Assembly (NCBI GenBank): GCA_016933055.1
Contig: JAFGBS010000028.1
Location: 150,001 to 182,000 of the forward strand
Length of the DNA: 32,000 nt
Direction: 5' to 3'
Source of the DNA: Promethearchaeota archaeon
GTDB taxonomy: Archaea; Asgardarchaeota; Lokiarchaeia; Sigyniarchaeales; Promethearchaeaceae
Shown here one piece after another: positions 7,191-16,760 of the stretch (positions are counted from its first letter, which is position 1; each line of letters starts with the position of its first letter). The translations under genes and the position numbers were made by a program. The notes beneath the pieces are model-generated. The model worked only from the letters and a program-made list of their open reading frames with translations. It searched no databases and was not told the DNA's origin.

Positions 7191-8393
7191 TTAGAGCTCG
7201 TAATGTTCTCTTTCTTTCAAAAAAATGGCCAAAATCGTACCACCTAAAAATAATATTGACATTACGACCATAAACCATTGGGCTACGATGAAAACAAATA
7301 ATATACCACTGATTTGTCCCGCTAACATTAAAACTCCAGTGGATGTTTCTTCGGGAACTGGATAGGTTATTTCAGCACCATAAGTTAAGCCAACAGGAAG
7401 TGCAGAGACCAATAAAAATCCAAATATGAAACCTAAGATAAATATGATAACAATATTTTGGGTGAATTCAAGGAGTAGAACCAATGGAACTGCACTTCCC
7501 ATTGCCAATAATAGAAAAGGTTTTCGTTTTTTGGTTTTATCTGAAAGCCCTGATAGTACCACAGCTCCAAAAATTCCCCCCAGAATCATTACACCGCCTA
7601 CAAATCCGACTGTTTCTGAATCTGGAATTTGATCGAAGATGGATTCAATTTTTGTACTGAGAGCGTTAAATGCACCCAAACCTATGAAAATACAGGTTAG
7701 GAGAATAAGGAAATCTTTGGAGAGAAAGAGTTTTTTCACGCCATCCCACATCAATACTTTTGTTTTTTCAGCATAGGGATTTGGAGGACTTGGGGGTTTC
7801 TGTCTTACGAACATAATATATAAAACTGAAATTCCAATTCCAAAAATTCCATAACTTAGTAGTAACACATTCATACTGTATGCTTCAAATAAGATTGGAG
7901 ATACAACCATTCCAATAATGCTTCCAAGGAGTACAGACATAGTTCCCAATCCGGTTGCCATAGTCTTTTCGTTTTCTGTAAACCATGTCGCAGCCACTTT
8001 AGTACTAGCGTTGAGAACAAAAGGTTGACCAATTGCAATTCCAATTTGCATCAATAAAACCCAAAGAAAATTTGTGTTATTAAATGCTCTAAGTAATCCA
8101 AAAACACCTGTTAAAATTACACCAACACCTACTCCCCAGCGTAATCCCCATTTATCAATTAAATAACTTGCAAGAAAATTGATCGGAATATATGCATATA
8201 GAAAAGTTGCAGTAAGTTGCTCTATGTGAAATGCCGTTACTCCCATATGGGTTGCGGTAGCATCGGTAATTGGCGCAAATGTAAGCCAAAAAATCTGTGT
8301 GACTATTCCTATTAACACATACATAATCAAGACTATCCAGCGATAAGGATATGCCTTGTATTCAGATGAAACTGTTTCATTCATGATAATCAT
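7191..8393 (-). CDS. MFS transporter, FLVCR/SLC49-like
   Basis: About 12 hydrophobic segments; N-terminal YPYRWIVL...FWLTFAPI; MFS loop motifs LIDKWGLR and LSDKTKKRK; ELTYP-like EITYPVPE. The start could be the third Met (MNETVSS). Confidence 0.85.
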   Translation of the reverse strand: MIIMNETVSSEYKAYPYRWIVLIMYVLIGIVTQIFWLTFAPITDATATHMGVTAFHIEQLTATFLYAYIPINFLASYLIDKWGLRWGVGVGVILTGVFGLLRAFNNTNFLWVLLMQIGIAIGQPFVLNASTKVAATWFTENEKTMATGLGTMSVLLGSIIGMVVSPILFEAYSMNVLLLSYGIFGIGISVLYIMFVRQKPPSPPNPYAEKTKVLMWDGVKKLFLSKDFLILLTCIFIGLGAFNALSTKIESIFDQIPDSETVGFVGGVMILGGIFGAVVLSGLSDKTKKRKPFLLLAMGSAVPLVLLLEFTQNIVIIFILGFIFGFLLVSALPVGLTYGAEITYPVPEETSTGVLMLAGQISGILFVFIVAQWFMVVMSILFLGGTILAIFLKEREHYEL

Positions 8394-8470
8394 CTACATG
8401 TCAGTATGTAAGTTAAAAAAACTAGATCTCAATTGAAATTTCACAATGGGAACAAATAAGAAAATAAGAA

Positions 8471-9772
8471 TTAATGGTTCTGATGTTGTATATAATTAAT
8501 GATGAGATAGGTCTCTACAATTATGAAACTCACAATGTCAATATAAGTAACCAGAGCACAAATATTTAGCGGAAAAAGTGTCCCACTGATTATAATTCGT
8601 GCAAGATAACAAGTCATATAAAACGGAAGAAGGGAAATCAACCAAATTATTGATTTCTCTGGAAATGATCGTTGTTTAAATTTTCTAAATATTAATCCTT
8701 TCTGGTATAACGTGTACAGGGGTATGTCCAATAATAGAATTATGAGAATTCCCATCCATGTTTCCAACTCAAAACCAATTCCTAACGCTTCTAGTGCTCC
8801 GTTCAATCCCCCTCTCAGACTTTCTTGGATTCCAAAAAGAAATAGACCTAAATGTGCTATAAGATAAGTTAGAATTTTTCCCCCCATGGTGTTTTTAGGG
8901 TAATAAGGGAAATCAATATCTGCCGATTGGGGCTGGTTGCGAGTCTTTCGATAGTAAAATATCATTACTAAGATCCCTATGACGAATCCGGTAAAATATT
9001 CCCATAAGGACCAGAACGGTAATCCCCAATCCAAATTATTACGGCCTATAGCTTGCCACACATCTGCTATACTGAATCCGATTCCGAAAAAAATCATTAT
9101 CATCAGAGAATCCCCAACAAATTTACACTCTTTTCCTGCAAATCCCAAATAAATCAAAACTGGAATAATAGCAAACGCTACTGCAAAATTATCCCTCATC
9201 GCTTTATAATTACGAGCAGTTCCATCCAGACCATTTATATACACTTGGTAGGTAAGAGGTGAAATGTGGGGGATTATGGCACGTGCAATTAATATCCCTA
9301 ATACCCAACTTGCAATGAAAATCACCAAACTTAACCAAAAATCATAGAGAGTATATTGATTTTTCCTACTAAACATATATCCTCCCAGAAATAACGCAGC
9401 TAATGTACTCCATGCAATACCACATACAAAAAGCCAGAAATACCCATACCACCAAGGCACTATAATGCCAAATCTATCATACACTCCCGGATATACCCAA
9501 GGAATACCTGCTTGTCCTACTAAAGTTCCCCATCCCCTCCGGAGTACTCGAAATAGAATTACAATCACACCAAAGATATATGGATTGAATTTTTTTCGTG
9601 GACCAAACACAATTGACAAAAAGAGTAATAATAGAAGCATCGCAACAGTAGGATCACTTGTTCCAGATCCCCGAATGTGCCATCCTATACCAAATAGGAG
9701 CGCTCCAATTATTGTGATCCCGAATTTATTTCTCACTCCAATAATCGATTTTGATTCAAAGGATTTTTCCAT
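8471..9772 (-). CDS. uncharacterised polytopic membrane protein
   Basis: Ten or more hydrophobic segments, with conserved-looking motifs GWHIRG, WYGYFWLF and WSLWEYFTGF. ATG 9772 (MEKSF) preferred over 9808. Confidence 0.7.
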   Translation of the reverse strand: MEKSFESKSIIGVRNKFGITIIGALLFGIGWHIRGSGTSDPTVAMLLLLLFLSIVFGPRKKFNPYIFGVIVILFRVLRRGWGTLVGQAGIPWVYPGVYDRFGIIVPWWYGYFWLFVCGIAWSTLAALFLGGYMFSRKNQYTLYDFWLSLVIFIASWVLGILIARAIIPHISPLTYQVYINGLDGTARNYKAMRDNFAVAFAIIPVLIYLGFAGKECKFVGDSLMIMIFFGIGFSIADVWQAIGRNNLDWGLPFWSLWEYFTGFVIGILVMIFYYRKTRNQPQSADIDFPYYPKNTMGGKILTYLIAHLGLFLFGIQESLRGGLNGALEALGIGFELETWMGILIILLLDIPLYTLYQKGLIFRKFKQRSFPEKSIIWLISLLPFYMTCYLARIIISGTLFPLNICALVTYIDIVSFIIVETYLIINYIQHQNH

Positions 9773-9809
9773 ATATTCTTTTGTTAGTTTGATATATAAA
9801 AAAACCACT

Positions 9810-10172
9810 TAGCTATATTTTTTGGTTTCATTTGATAGTAGACATGATAATTACAACATATATTGTAGTAATTCGTCCGATGGTGGGACATAATTTTCCG
9901 CTAATGAGAGAATAACAGAAGTTGGTTTTAGCCTTTCCTTTGAACGACCAGGAGATTATTTTTGTATGCGCCAGGATTCAGTAACAGGTAATATGTTAAT
10001 CTTATGGACAAATGGGCATAACAGAAAGAATTATGACATCTATTTTGCACGGTATGGAGTAGAAAAACTTCAGATATGGTTGATTGCGACGATTACTACA
10101 TCGAGTAAGGTAATGATTTGTGCAGCAACAGTCATTGCTGTCTTTTCAATTAGACAAAAACGACACATCTAA
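9810..10172 (+). pseudogene. remnant of a BNR/Asp-box (sialidase-like beta-propeller) surface protein with C-terminal membrane anchor
   Basis: Frame of track ORF 9966 extended upstream: LAIFLVSFDSRHDNYNIYCSNSSDGGT*FSANERITE...RPGDYFCM...LWTNGHNRKNYDIYFARYG...hydrophobic tail+RQKRHI. Asp-box SxDGGxxF is broken by TAA at 9891-9893 and the 5' part is missing. Confidence 0.65.
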
Positions 10173-11234
10173 CCATTTTTTTTTCACGAATTCATATACC
10201 TTGTTTCCTTTCCATTTATGACCATATGGTGTTACATCAATTCCTAAATTTTCTGTCTTTCCTAATAATTCATAGATTTTCCGTAGTTCATTATAGGTAT
10301 GAATTGCAGACTCTATCGGAAAAATAGGATCTTTTACGCCATTAATGAAAAACAGAGGGCGAGGAGCAACTAAACTTAAAATTTTCCCTAATTCACCGTA
10401 TTTTAGAATTTTCGGAACATAATTATCTGTGCAATGCTGTTTTTCTAGTATGGAAGATTTGAACGTACTGCAAAATCCTGCAACAATTGCCATGGATATT
10501 CTTATATCAATTGCAGCTGTATAGGATGCAATAGTTCCTCCCATACTCAATCCAGCAACGCCAATTTTGGAAGAATCCACATCTTCTCGAGAAAGGAGAT
10601 AATCCACCTGCTGCATCGTATCATAAATACGTAAACCGCTGATCGTGTGACCCAAAATTAACATATTTAAAGCATATTTTCGTTCTAAGTGATCATAGTT
10701 TTTTTTTACTGATTTTCTTGCATGCCCCCTTTCGCCAAAACCCCATTGATCCGCAGTAATAGTAATACATCCTAATTCAGCGAGATCTTTTGCCCATGTA
10801 CCAGAGTAAATTAAATTTTTTCGCAATCCTACTAAATTTTCTTTTCTCATTAAATGACCGTGTAAACAGATAAAAGCTGGAAGATCATCAGCTCTTTCTA
10901 GTTTTGGAATGCATATAATCGCGGGAATAAGGGTTTCGAACCATGATTTTATATAAATCATTTCCGTTTCATATTTTTTGAATGAATGAATATTCTTGGA
11001 TGTGCTTTCCGCTATTACTATGCATTCCTCCTTCCTCTTTCTATCAGGAATTTTTATTAATTTAATGAATTTCTTCCGTAAAGTGGACTGCCATTCTACA
11101 AAATCATTTGGATTTTGTAAGTAGCTTAGATCAAAATCTTCTTCCCAATCCAACTTTTCATATATTTTATTGCAAAGTTCAGTAAAGGAGCAAGCTTGTT
11201 TGATTTCTTTATCATTCCAATGCTCTATCTTCAT
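10146..11234 (-). CDS. alpha/beta-fold hydrolase (dienelactone hydrolase/acetylxylan esterase-like)
   Basis: CLHGH, DQWGFGER, nucleophile elbow GLSMGG, NGVKDPIFP (Asp) and GHKW (His). Confidence 0.85.
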   Translation of the reverse strand: MKIEHWNDKEIKQACSFTELCNKIYEKLDWEEDFDLSYLQNPNDFVEWQSTLRKKFIKLIKIPDRKRKEECIVIAESTSKNIHSFKKYETEMIYIKSWFETLIPAIICIPKLERADDLPAFICLHGHLMRKENLVGLRKNLIYSGTWAKDLAELGCITITADQWGFGERGHARKSVKKNYDHLERKYALNMLILGHTISGLRIYDTMQQVDYLLSREDVDSSKIGVAGLSMGGTIASYTAAIDIRISMAIVAGFCSTFKSSILEKQHCTDNYVPKILKYGELGKILSLVAPRPLFFINGVKDPIFPIESAIHTYNELRKIYELLGKTENLGIDVTPYGHKWKGNKVYEFVKKKWLDVSFLSN

Positions 11235-11403
11235 ATCTATACATAAAACAGAAGCTAAGATAAAATAATTCTAAAATTAAAAAAAGGTTTGAATTGATTG
11301 ACATATACTAGTTTTCTTCGATGTACTAGCATAAAGATACCACCTAAAATAACGATCCACCAATACTTCCTAGATAAATCCACAGAAGAACAGATTTTTT
11401 AAA

Positions 11404-12243
11404 TTAAAGATGCACTGATTTTATTGAACGATAACCTGCTGCATTGGTGATTTTTTTCACTCTTTCTACTAGTTTGGGATCTTCATTACCTAATGATTCA
11501 TTCTGTTCCAGTTTCAATAAAATACGATCCAAATCTGTGTATTTCATATCTAAAGCAAATTCATCGGTTACCCCTGGCATAAGATCGGGCGAGGGGGATT
11601 TATGAATAATTACTTCGGGTATGTCTAATGCATGAGCTAATTCATATACTTGAGTCTTATATAGATGCGCAATAGGTGCGATATCCGATGAATCATCACC
11701 ATATTTAACAAAAAATCCAGAAACAAGTTCTGTTTTGTTTGTACATCCAACTACCGCATATCGGAGTCGTTCAGCGTAAAAATACTCCAAAATCATGCGA
11801 AGTCGATGTTTAATCCTATAATAAGCAAATCCTTTACGCATTTTTTCTGGTCCTGCATTATGTAAATCGTCAATAAAAGGATCTTCACTTACGGCACTCA
11901 TGGTTTTTCGGGTCCATTTTTCTTGGAATTTACGGGGAAATAACCATGCGGGTGGAAATAAACGGTAAACACCTATAAATCGCAAAACCCAAGTTAATTT
12001 CATGACTTTATAGCCTATTCCAAGAGAATTAGCTACAAGTTTAGACTCTTTCAAAGTGTTCTTAGAAGAATCTCGATCTGGCATTAATAATCCTAAAACT
12101 TTTTCCTGACCTAATGCCAATACCGTTAACTTTGCCGTGACAGCGGAATCAATTCCTCCTGAGATTCCAATCACAGCCCCTTTATAATGATATTTATAGA
12201 TTTTCTCCCGGATGAATTCTACAATCTCGTCAATCTCCACCAT
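11404..12243 (-). CDS. nadE: NH3-dependent NAD+ synthetase
   Basis: GISGGIDSAV PP-loop, NKTE..GFFVKYGD, APIAHLYKTQV, SPSPDL..G.TDE. No glutaminase domain. Confidence 0.93.
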   Translation of the reverse strand: MVEIDEIVEFIREKIYKYHYKGAVIGISGGIDSAVTAKLTVLALGQEKVLGLLMPDRDSSKNTLKESKLVANSLGIGYKVMKLTWVLRFIGVYRLFPPAWLFPRKFQEKWTRKTMSAVSEDPFIDDLHNAGPEKMRKGFAYYRIKHRLRMILEYFYAERLRYAVVGCTNKTELVSGFFVKYGDDSSDIAPIAHLYKTQVYELAHALDIPEVIIHKSPSPDLMPGVTDEFALDMKYTDLDRILLKLEQNESLGNEDPKLVERVKKITNAAGYRSIKSVHL

Positions 12244-12366
12244 ATAATTCTAAACTCGAGAGTATTTATTAAATCATTTATGAAATTTTAGAAATATATT
12301 GACGCAATACTAATCATGTTTAAAATTTATATCAGCAATTTCTTTTTATCAGTGGGTGGTAGGTAG

Positions 12367-15300
12367 ATGTATCATTTTCAGGAATATCAAGATATCGAAA
12401 TAACGGTTTACAATCCCTTTATCTGCACTTTAGTGGGGATAGTGAACTTGAATTTAGACAATAACATCGCTATATGCTCGTTAGAAGATGATTCTGGCAA
12501 CCGAATTGTCGGATTTTTCTATCAAAAATTCGCAGATCTGCTTTCTGATCATCACTTACAAACCCGGATACCTTTCAAAATAAGTATAGTCGCAGGTGAT
12601 ATTAAAAATCAAGGAGAAAAACAGTTCTTCGAAGTATATCAATGTATATTTGAGAAGGATTTTTTAATAAATAGCAGTTTATTGGCATCACACAGTTATT
12701 GTGAAATGTCCACTTATCTTAATAGTCATATCCATGTACATTCTCCCTTTAATCCATCCCAGATTTTCGGTATCGTTTACCATGATTATTTAATGTATTT
12801 ATTTGAAGATCAAGAATTATTGAAATTACCCATAGAAGATCCGAAAATCTCTCTAAAGGTTAGAATCGCATTTCAACAAGCAATATTTCGCAACTGGAAA
12901 CCTCTTGCAACTTTTAATATTGATGAAAACCTCTATTTAGATTACTTTTTGACATATTTTGGTGAACGAGAAATAGAATTCATCAATTTTGAACTGAAAA
13001 AATTAAAACCATATGGTGATGACTGCTCCTTTCAAGCTGAGGTTATGGTTCGTTCGCGAAATCTGGGATTACAAGGGAGGGTTGATCGCATTTTATGGAA
13101 CAAGAATAAAAACTCGTTTATCTTATACGAAACAAAAACAGGTCGAACTTCTTTTTCATCGGAGAACACTGCAAAATTTCAATTAATGGCTTATTCTTTA
13201 ATTTTAAATGAGTACTATTCAAAACAACTAGAAGGCTTATTTCTTGAATACCCCAGAAATGATCTTCAAGATCGGTTAAAATTGATAGAATATGATGAGA
13301 AACAAATTGTTCGTTTAATAAATATGCGTAATCAAATTTGGGCAATTAGTATTGGTAAACGACCTGAAGAGGGACCGTTCAAGAGCTGTTCTTCTGAATG
13401 TTTTCAAAAAGATGTTTGTGCTTTTTATTGCTTGCGTTCTTTCTTAACAAAACATTGTATTGAATGTGACCGCTGCAATTATAATCCCATTCTGCTTCGA
13501 AAGGAGGATTTTGAAGAATTTCGTAGAATTAATGTGTACTATGATTGGTTTTACCAATTTTTAGAAATGGAATATCTGAATAATCAAGATTTATTATTAG
13601 AATTAGGGTTACCATCAAAAGATCGAGAATCTTTGGGAAATTGTTTTTCAAGAGTGGTAATAGCTGATTTACTACGGGAAATGAGTGAAAATGATGGAGA
13701 GACTAATTCAAATAAATTTTGGATCAAATTTGGTCGTGAAAACAATTATGACTCAGATTTTACGAATACCCGTATGGATTCTTCAGATTATATATTAATC
13801 ACACCGCAAAATTATCGTCCCCTCACCTTACAATCAATTCCTGGAATTATACATAATATTCAGAAGCACCATGTGATAGTAGAGGTTACTTTAGATTATT
13901 TCTCCCAAGTCTCAAATTACTCCAAAGATACAATATTTCGAATTGACATGATAACCTCAAATCGAATTATTAACAATGAAAAATCCGCTTTAGACGCTTT
14001 TCTTCGAATCCCATATCATAAAGGTTATGAAAATCTCAAACAAATTCGAAAATATTTAATCAATTTCAATATCAAACTTGCGGAAACATCAATACCTCTT
14101 AAGAAAGAAATTCAAGATAAATTAAAAAAAAAGCATTATAACACAGATCAAATCAGCGCAATACAAAAATCCCTATCCTTCGAGGATCTTCTCTTAATTC
14201 AAGGACCTCCTGGAACAGGAAAAACTACAGTAATAACAGAAATAGTACACCAATTAAACAGAAAGATGGAGCATATACCAAATTTTATAAAATCCCATAA
14301 ACCAAAAAAAGAGGAACAAAACAAAGAATTCAAGCGAAATAAAAATGAGAAGGATAAAAATCAAATTTACAATGAATCAACTAATCAAGTTCCGGATTTC
14401 GAGGTCGAAAATTACTACATACGAAAAAAGATTCTCATAACTGCTTATACTAACCGAGCTGTAGATACAATGGTGGAAATGCTCTTAAAAAAGTATCCAT
14501 CAATTGATATACTCCGCATTGGAGCAGAATTATCGGTGTCCAATTCGGTTAAACAATATTCTATAGATTTTAAATGTAAGAAGCAAGTAAAATTCGATGA
14601 CGGTCATTTATATACCGTGAATTCTTCGAAAAATGCTCATGATTTGATTAACAATGCTAGCATAATTGCAACTACATGCTTAGGTGCTAACTCAGTATTA
14701 TTACAAGATATAGAATTTGAATATGTGATAATTGACGAAGCAGGACAATTAATTGAACCTGCTGCACTTATACCAATATTAAAATCCAAACGCGTCATAT
14801 TAGTTGGAGATGATGCTCAACTACCTCCTATCTCGGTGAAAGAACAAAATCCATTGCTTAGCTCAGAATATTTTACTGAAAAAAAATATTTACATGGATT
14901 TGAAGGAACAATTCTTGACTATCAGCAAGGAAATAAAGATACTACTCAAATCATTGATAGTCGAAAACAAATATTCCTAAAAGAATTAGAGCAGTTAGGT
15001 ATCAATCCTACAGATACGTTAAGTATTTCACTATTCCAGCGATTGAAACGAATTTTTCAAAGAAGTGATTTTTATATTTTACTCACACATCAGTATCGGA
15101 TGCATAAATCTATCTGTAAATTCGTTTCCGATCAATTTTACGAATCAAAACTTGTACCAGGGGAAATTAATGGTACAAATATAGGCGATCAGTCGGTGTC
15201 TATTTTTTACAAAGCACATAACATAAAATTAAACGGGCATATTAAAGAAAATAATTTGTCAGTGATACCATTTTTAAAAATTTGGCAACCCCATTTACCT

Positions 15301-16032
15301 ATGATTTTTCTGGATACTAAATCTGTAAATGCATTTGATTCCAAACTAGATGAGAGATATGACGAGATGAGTTCCAGATTTAATGAAAAAGAAGCAGATT
15401 TCTTAGTTAAAACTGTCGCGTATTTATTACATTTACATCCAATCTGTCAACGTAATTCTTCCACATCCAGCAAAGAGTATGAATTAAAACAAGAAGATTT
15501 TAAGAGATTTCTTTCAAACATCGGCATAATAACTCCTTATCGAGCACAAGTTCGGAAAATTGGAGATTTATTATCTGACGCTTTTAGGGAGGACAAAACT
15601 ATTCAAAAACTCATCTCCAAGTTCCTTATCGTAGATACTGTGGATAAATTCCAAGGAAAAGAATGTGAAATAGTACTAATCAGTCTTGTTGATTCCAATC
15701 CTGATAAAAAATTAAGTGCACTGTATTCAGAACTTCGAAGAATGAACGTATCAATAACCCGTGCAAAAACTAAACTCATCGTGATAGGTAATTCGGATAT
15801 GTTTCAACGAACGACACCGAAAAAAACTCATTCAATTTTAGATTTCTTTATTTCTCCAACGTCCGTGTCTTATCATTCCAAAAATAAAGATAATCGTCCT
15901 CCAGAGAATAATTTAAAAAGCATTAAAAAAATTCACCAATTTTTTACTAATTTAGTGCAATATGTTCAAACACATAATGGCTACGTGTTATTGGACGAAA
16001 ACATGATAACTAGCATGGAACTGAAAGATTGA
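12367..16032 (+). CDS. dna2: Dna2-like nuclease/helicase (PD-(D/E)XK Fe-S nuclease + SF1B helicase)
   Basis: Nuclease GLQGRVD...YETKTG and QLMAY; Cys at SYCEM and CSSECFQKDVC. Helicase motifs QGPPGTGKT, AYTNRAVD, DEAGQ, VGDDAQLPP, QYRMH, ITPYRAQ, TVDKFQGKE and NVSITRAK. Confidence 0.85.
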   Translation: MYHFQEYQDIEITVYNPFICTLVGIVNLNLDNNIAICSLEDDSGNRIVGFFYQKFADLLSDHHLQTRIPFKISIVAGDIKNQGEKQFFEVYQCIFEKDFLINSSLLASHSYCEMSTYLNSHIHVHSPFNPSQIFGIVYHDYLMYLFEDQELLKLPIEDPKISLKVRIAFQQAIFRNWKPLATFNIDENLYLDYFLTYFGEREIEFINFELKKLKPYGDDCSFQAEVMVRSRNLGLQGRVDRILWNKNKNSFILYETKTGRTSFSSENTAKFQLMAYSLILNEYYSKQLEGLFLEYPRNDLQDRLKLIEYDEKQIVRLINMRNQIWAISIGKRPEEGPFKSCSSECFQKDVCAFYCLRSFLTKHCIECDRCNYNPILLRKEDFEEFRRINVYYDWFYQFLEMEYLNNQDLLLELGLPSKDRESLGNCFSRVVIADLLREMSENDGETNSNKFWIKFGRENNYDSDFTNTRMDSSDYILITPQNYRPLTLQSIPGIIHNIQKHHVIVEVTLDYFSQVSNYSKDTIFRIDMITSNRIINNEKSALDAFLRIPYHKGYENLKQIRKYLINFNIKLAETSIPLKKEIQDKLKKKHYNTDQISAIQKSLSFEDLLLIQGPPGTGKTTVITEIVHQLNRKMEHIPNFIKSHKPKKEEQNKEFKRNKNEKDKNQIYNESTNQVPDFEVENYYIRKKILITAYTNRAVDTMVEMLLKKYPSIDILRIGAELSVSNSVKQYSIDFKCKKQVKFDDGHLYTVNSSKNAHDLINNASIIATTCLGANSVLLQDIEFEYVIIDEAGQLIEPAALIPILKSKRVILVGDDAQLPPISVKEQNPLLSSEYFTEKKYLHGFEGTILDYQQGNKDTTQIIDSRKQIFLKELEQLGINPTDTLSISLFQRLKRIFQRSDFYILLTHQYRMHKSICKFVSDQFYESKLVPGEINGTNIGDQSVSIFYKAHNIKLNGHIKENNLSVIPFLKIWQPHLPMIFLDTKSVNAFDSKLDERYDEMSSRFNEKEADFLVKTVAYLLHLHPICQRNSSTSSKEYELKQEDFKRFLSNIGIITPYRAQVRKIGDLLSDAFREDKTIQKLISKFLIVDTVDKFQGKECEIVLISLVDSNPDKKLSALYSELRRMNVSITRAKTKLIVIGNSDMFQRTTPKKTHSILDFFISPTSVSYHSKNKDNRPPENNLKSIKKIHQFFTNLVQYVQTHNGYVLLDENMITSMELKD

Positions 16033-16112
16033 GTCACAAACTAAATCCTAGTGTTGTGGTCGTTTTTCAGCAAAAACATAAAAGATAGGAATAATATTAT
16101 CTATTTAAAGAC

Positions 16113-16760
16113 ATGGTAATCGAAGGAACCCGAGAGCCTTTGCCATCTTCAATCCAAAATCTGTTATTAGATTCAGAGAATAGAATCCTCCAAACGGGAT
16201 TTCATAAAGGTTCAATAATCACAAAACTTAAAGATGGTCAGAATTCTATTGTATTCTCTGATACCATAGATATATCGGAAGATCTGTCAAAAATCGATGG
16301 TTTAAAAGTAGGTGTTAATGGGGACCTTGCAATTGCAGAAAAAGGAGTTTTTGAAATTTCCAAATCCAAAATTTTGTATTCCGTGAAAATGGATAAGGAA
16401 ATTGTTAAGACTTTTGATAAAGCTCGGTTTAATACCAGTTTTCCATATATTACAGCGTTTTTGCATACCAGCTGTTTGTATAACTACTCTCAGAAACATC
16501 CAATAAACCATCTAGATTTTGTTAGAGGAGAAATTTTAAGTCATCCGGTAGCTTTATTATATCACAATAGTATTTTAGTTGGAGATAGAGCCGTAATCGA
16601 TGATCAAGGATATCCCGTTTTTTATAATGCGTTTCTTATTCAACGATCCGAGTCTTCTCAACCTGAGGAATTGATTTCATTTACATATGAACCGATTTTT
16701 CGAATGAATATTCATTTTATCAAATGGATTATCATTTTGGGAGTCGAAATGCTGAAGTGA
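16113..16760 (+). CDS. hypothetical protein (215 aa)
   Basis: Open frame with ATG; its TGA stop overlaps an in-frame GTG of the next gene (GTGA at 16757-16760). No recognised motif. Confidence 0.7.
   Translation: MVIEGTREPLPSSIQNLLLDSENRILQTGFHKGSIITKLKDGQNSIVFSDTIDISEDLSKIDGLKVGVNGDLAIAEKGVFEISKSKILYSVKMDKEIVKTFDKARFNTSFPYITAFLHTSCLYNYSQKHPINHLDFVRGEILSHPVALLYHNSILVGDRAVIDDQGYPVFYNAFLIQRSESSQPEELISFTYEPIFRMNIHFIKWIIILGVEMLK

Noticed and set aside
13021-13500. Cas4-like PD-(D/E)XK Fe-S nuclease suggesting a CRISPR-cas locus
   Set aside because: It is the nuclease domain of the Dna2-like fusion; there are no cas genes or repeat-spacer array in the window.
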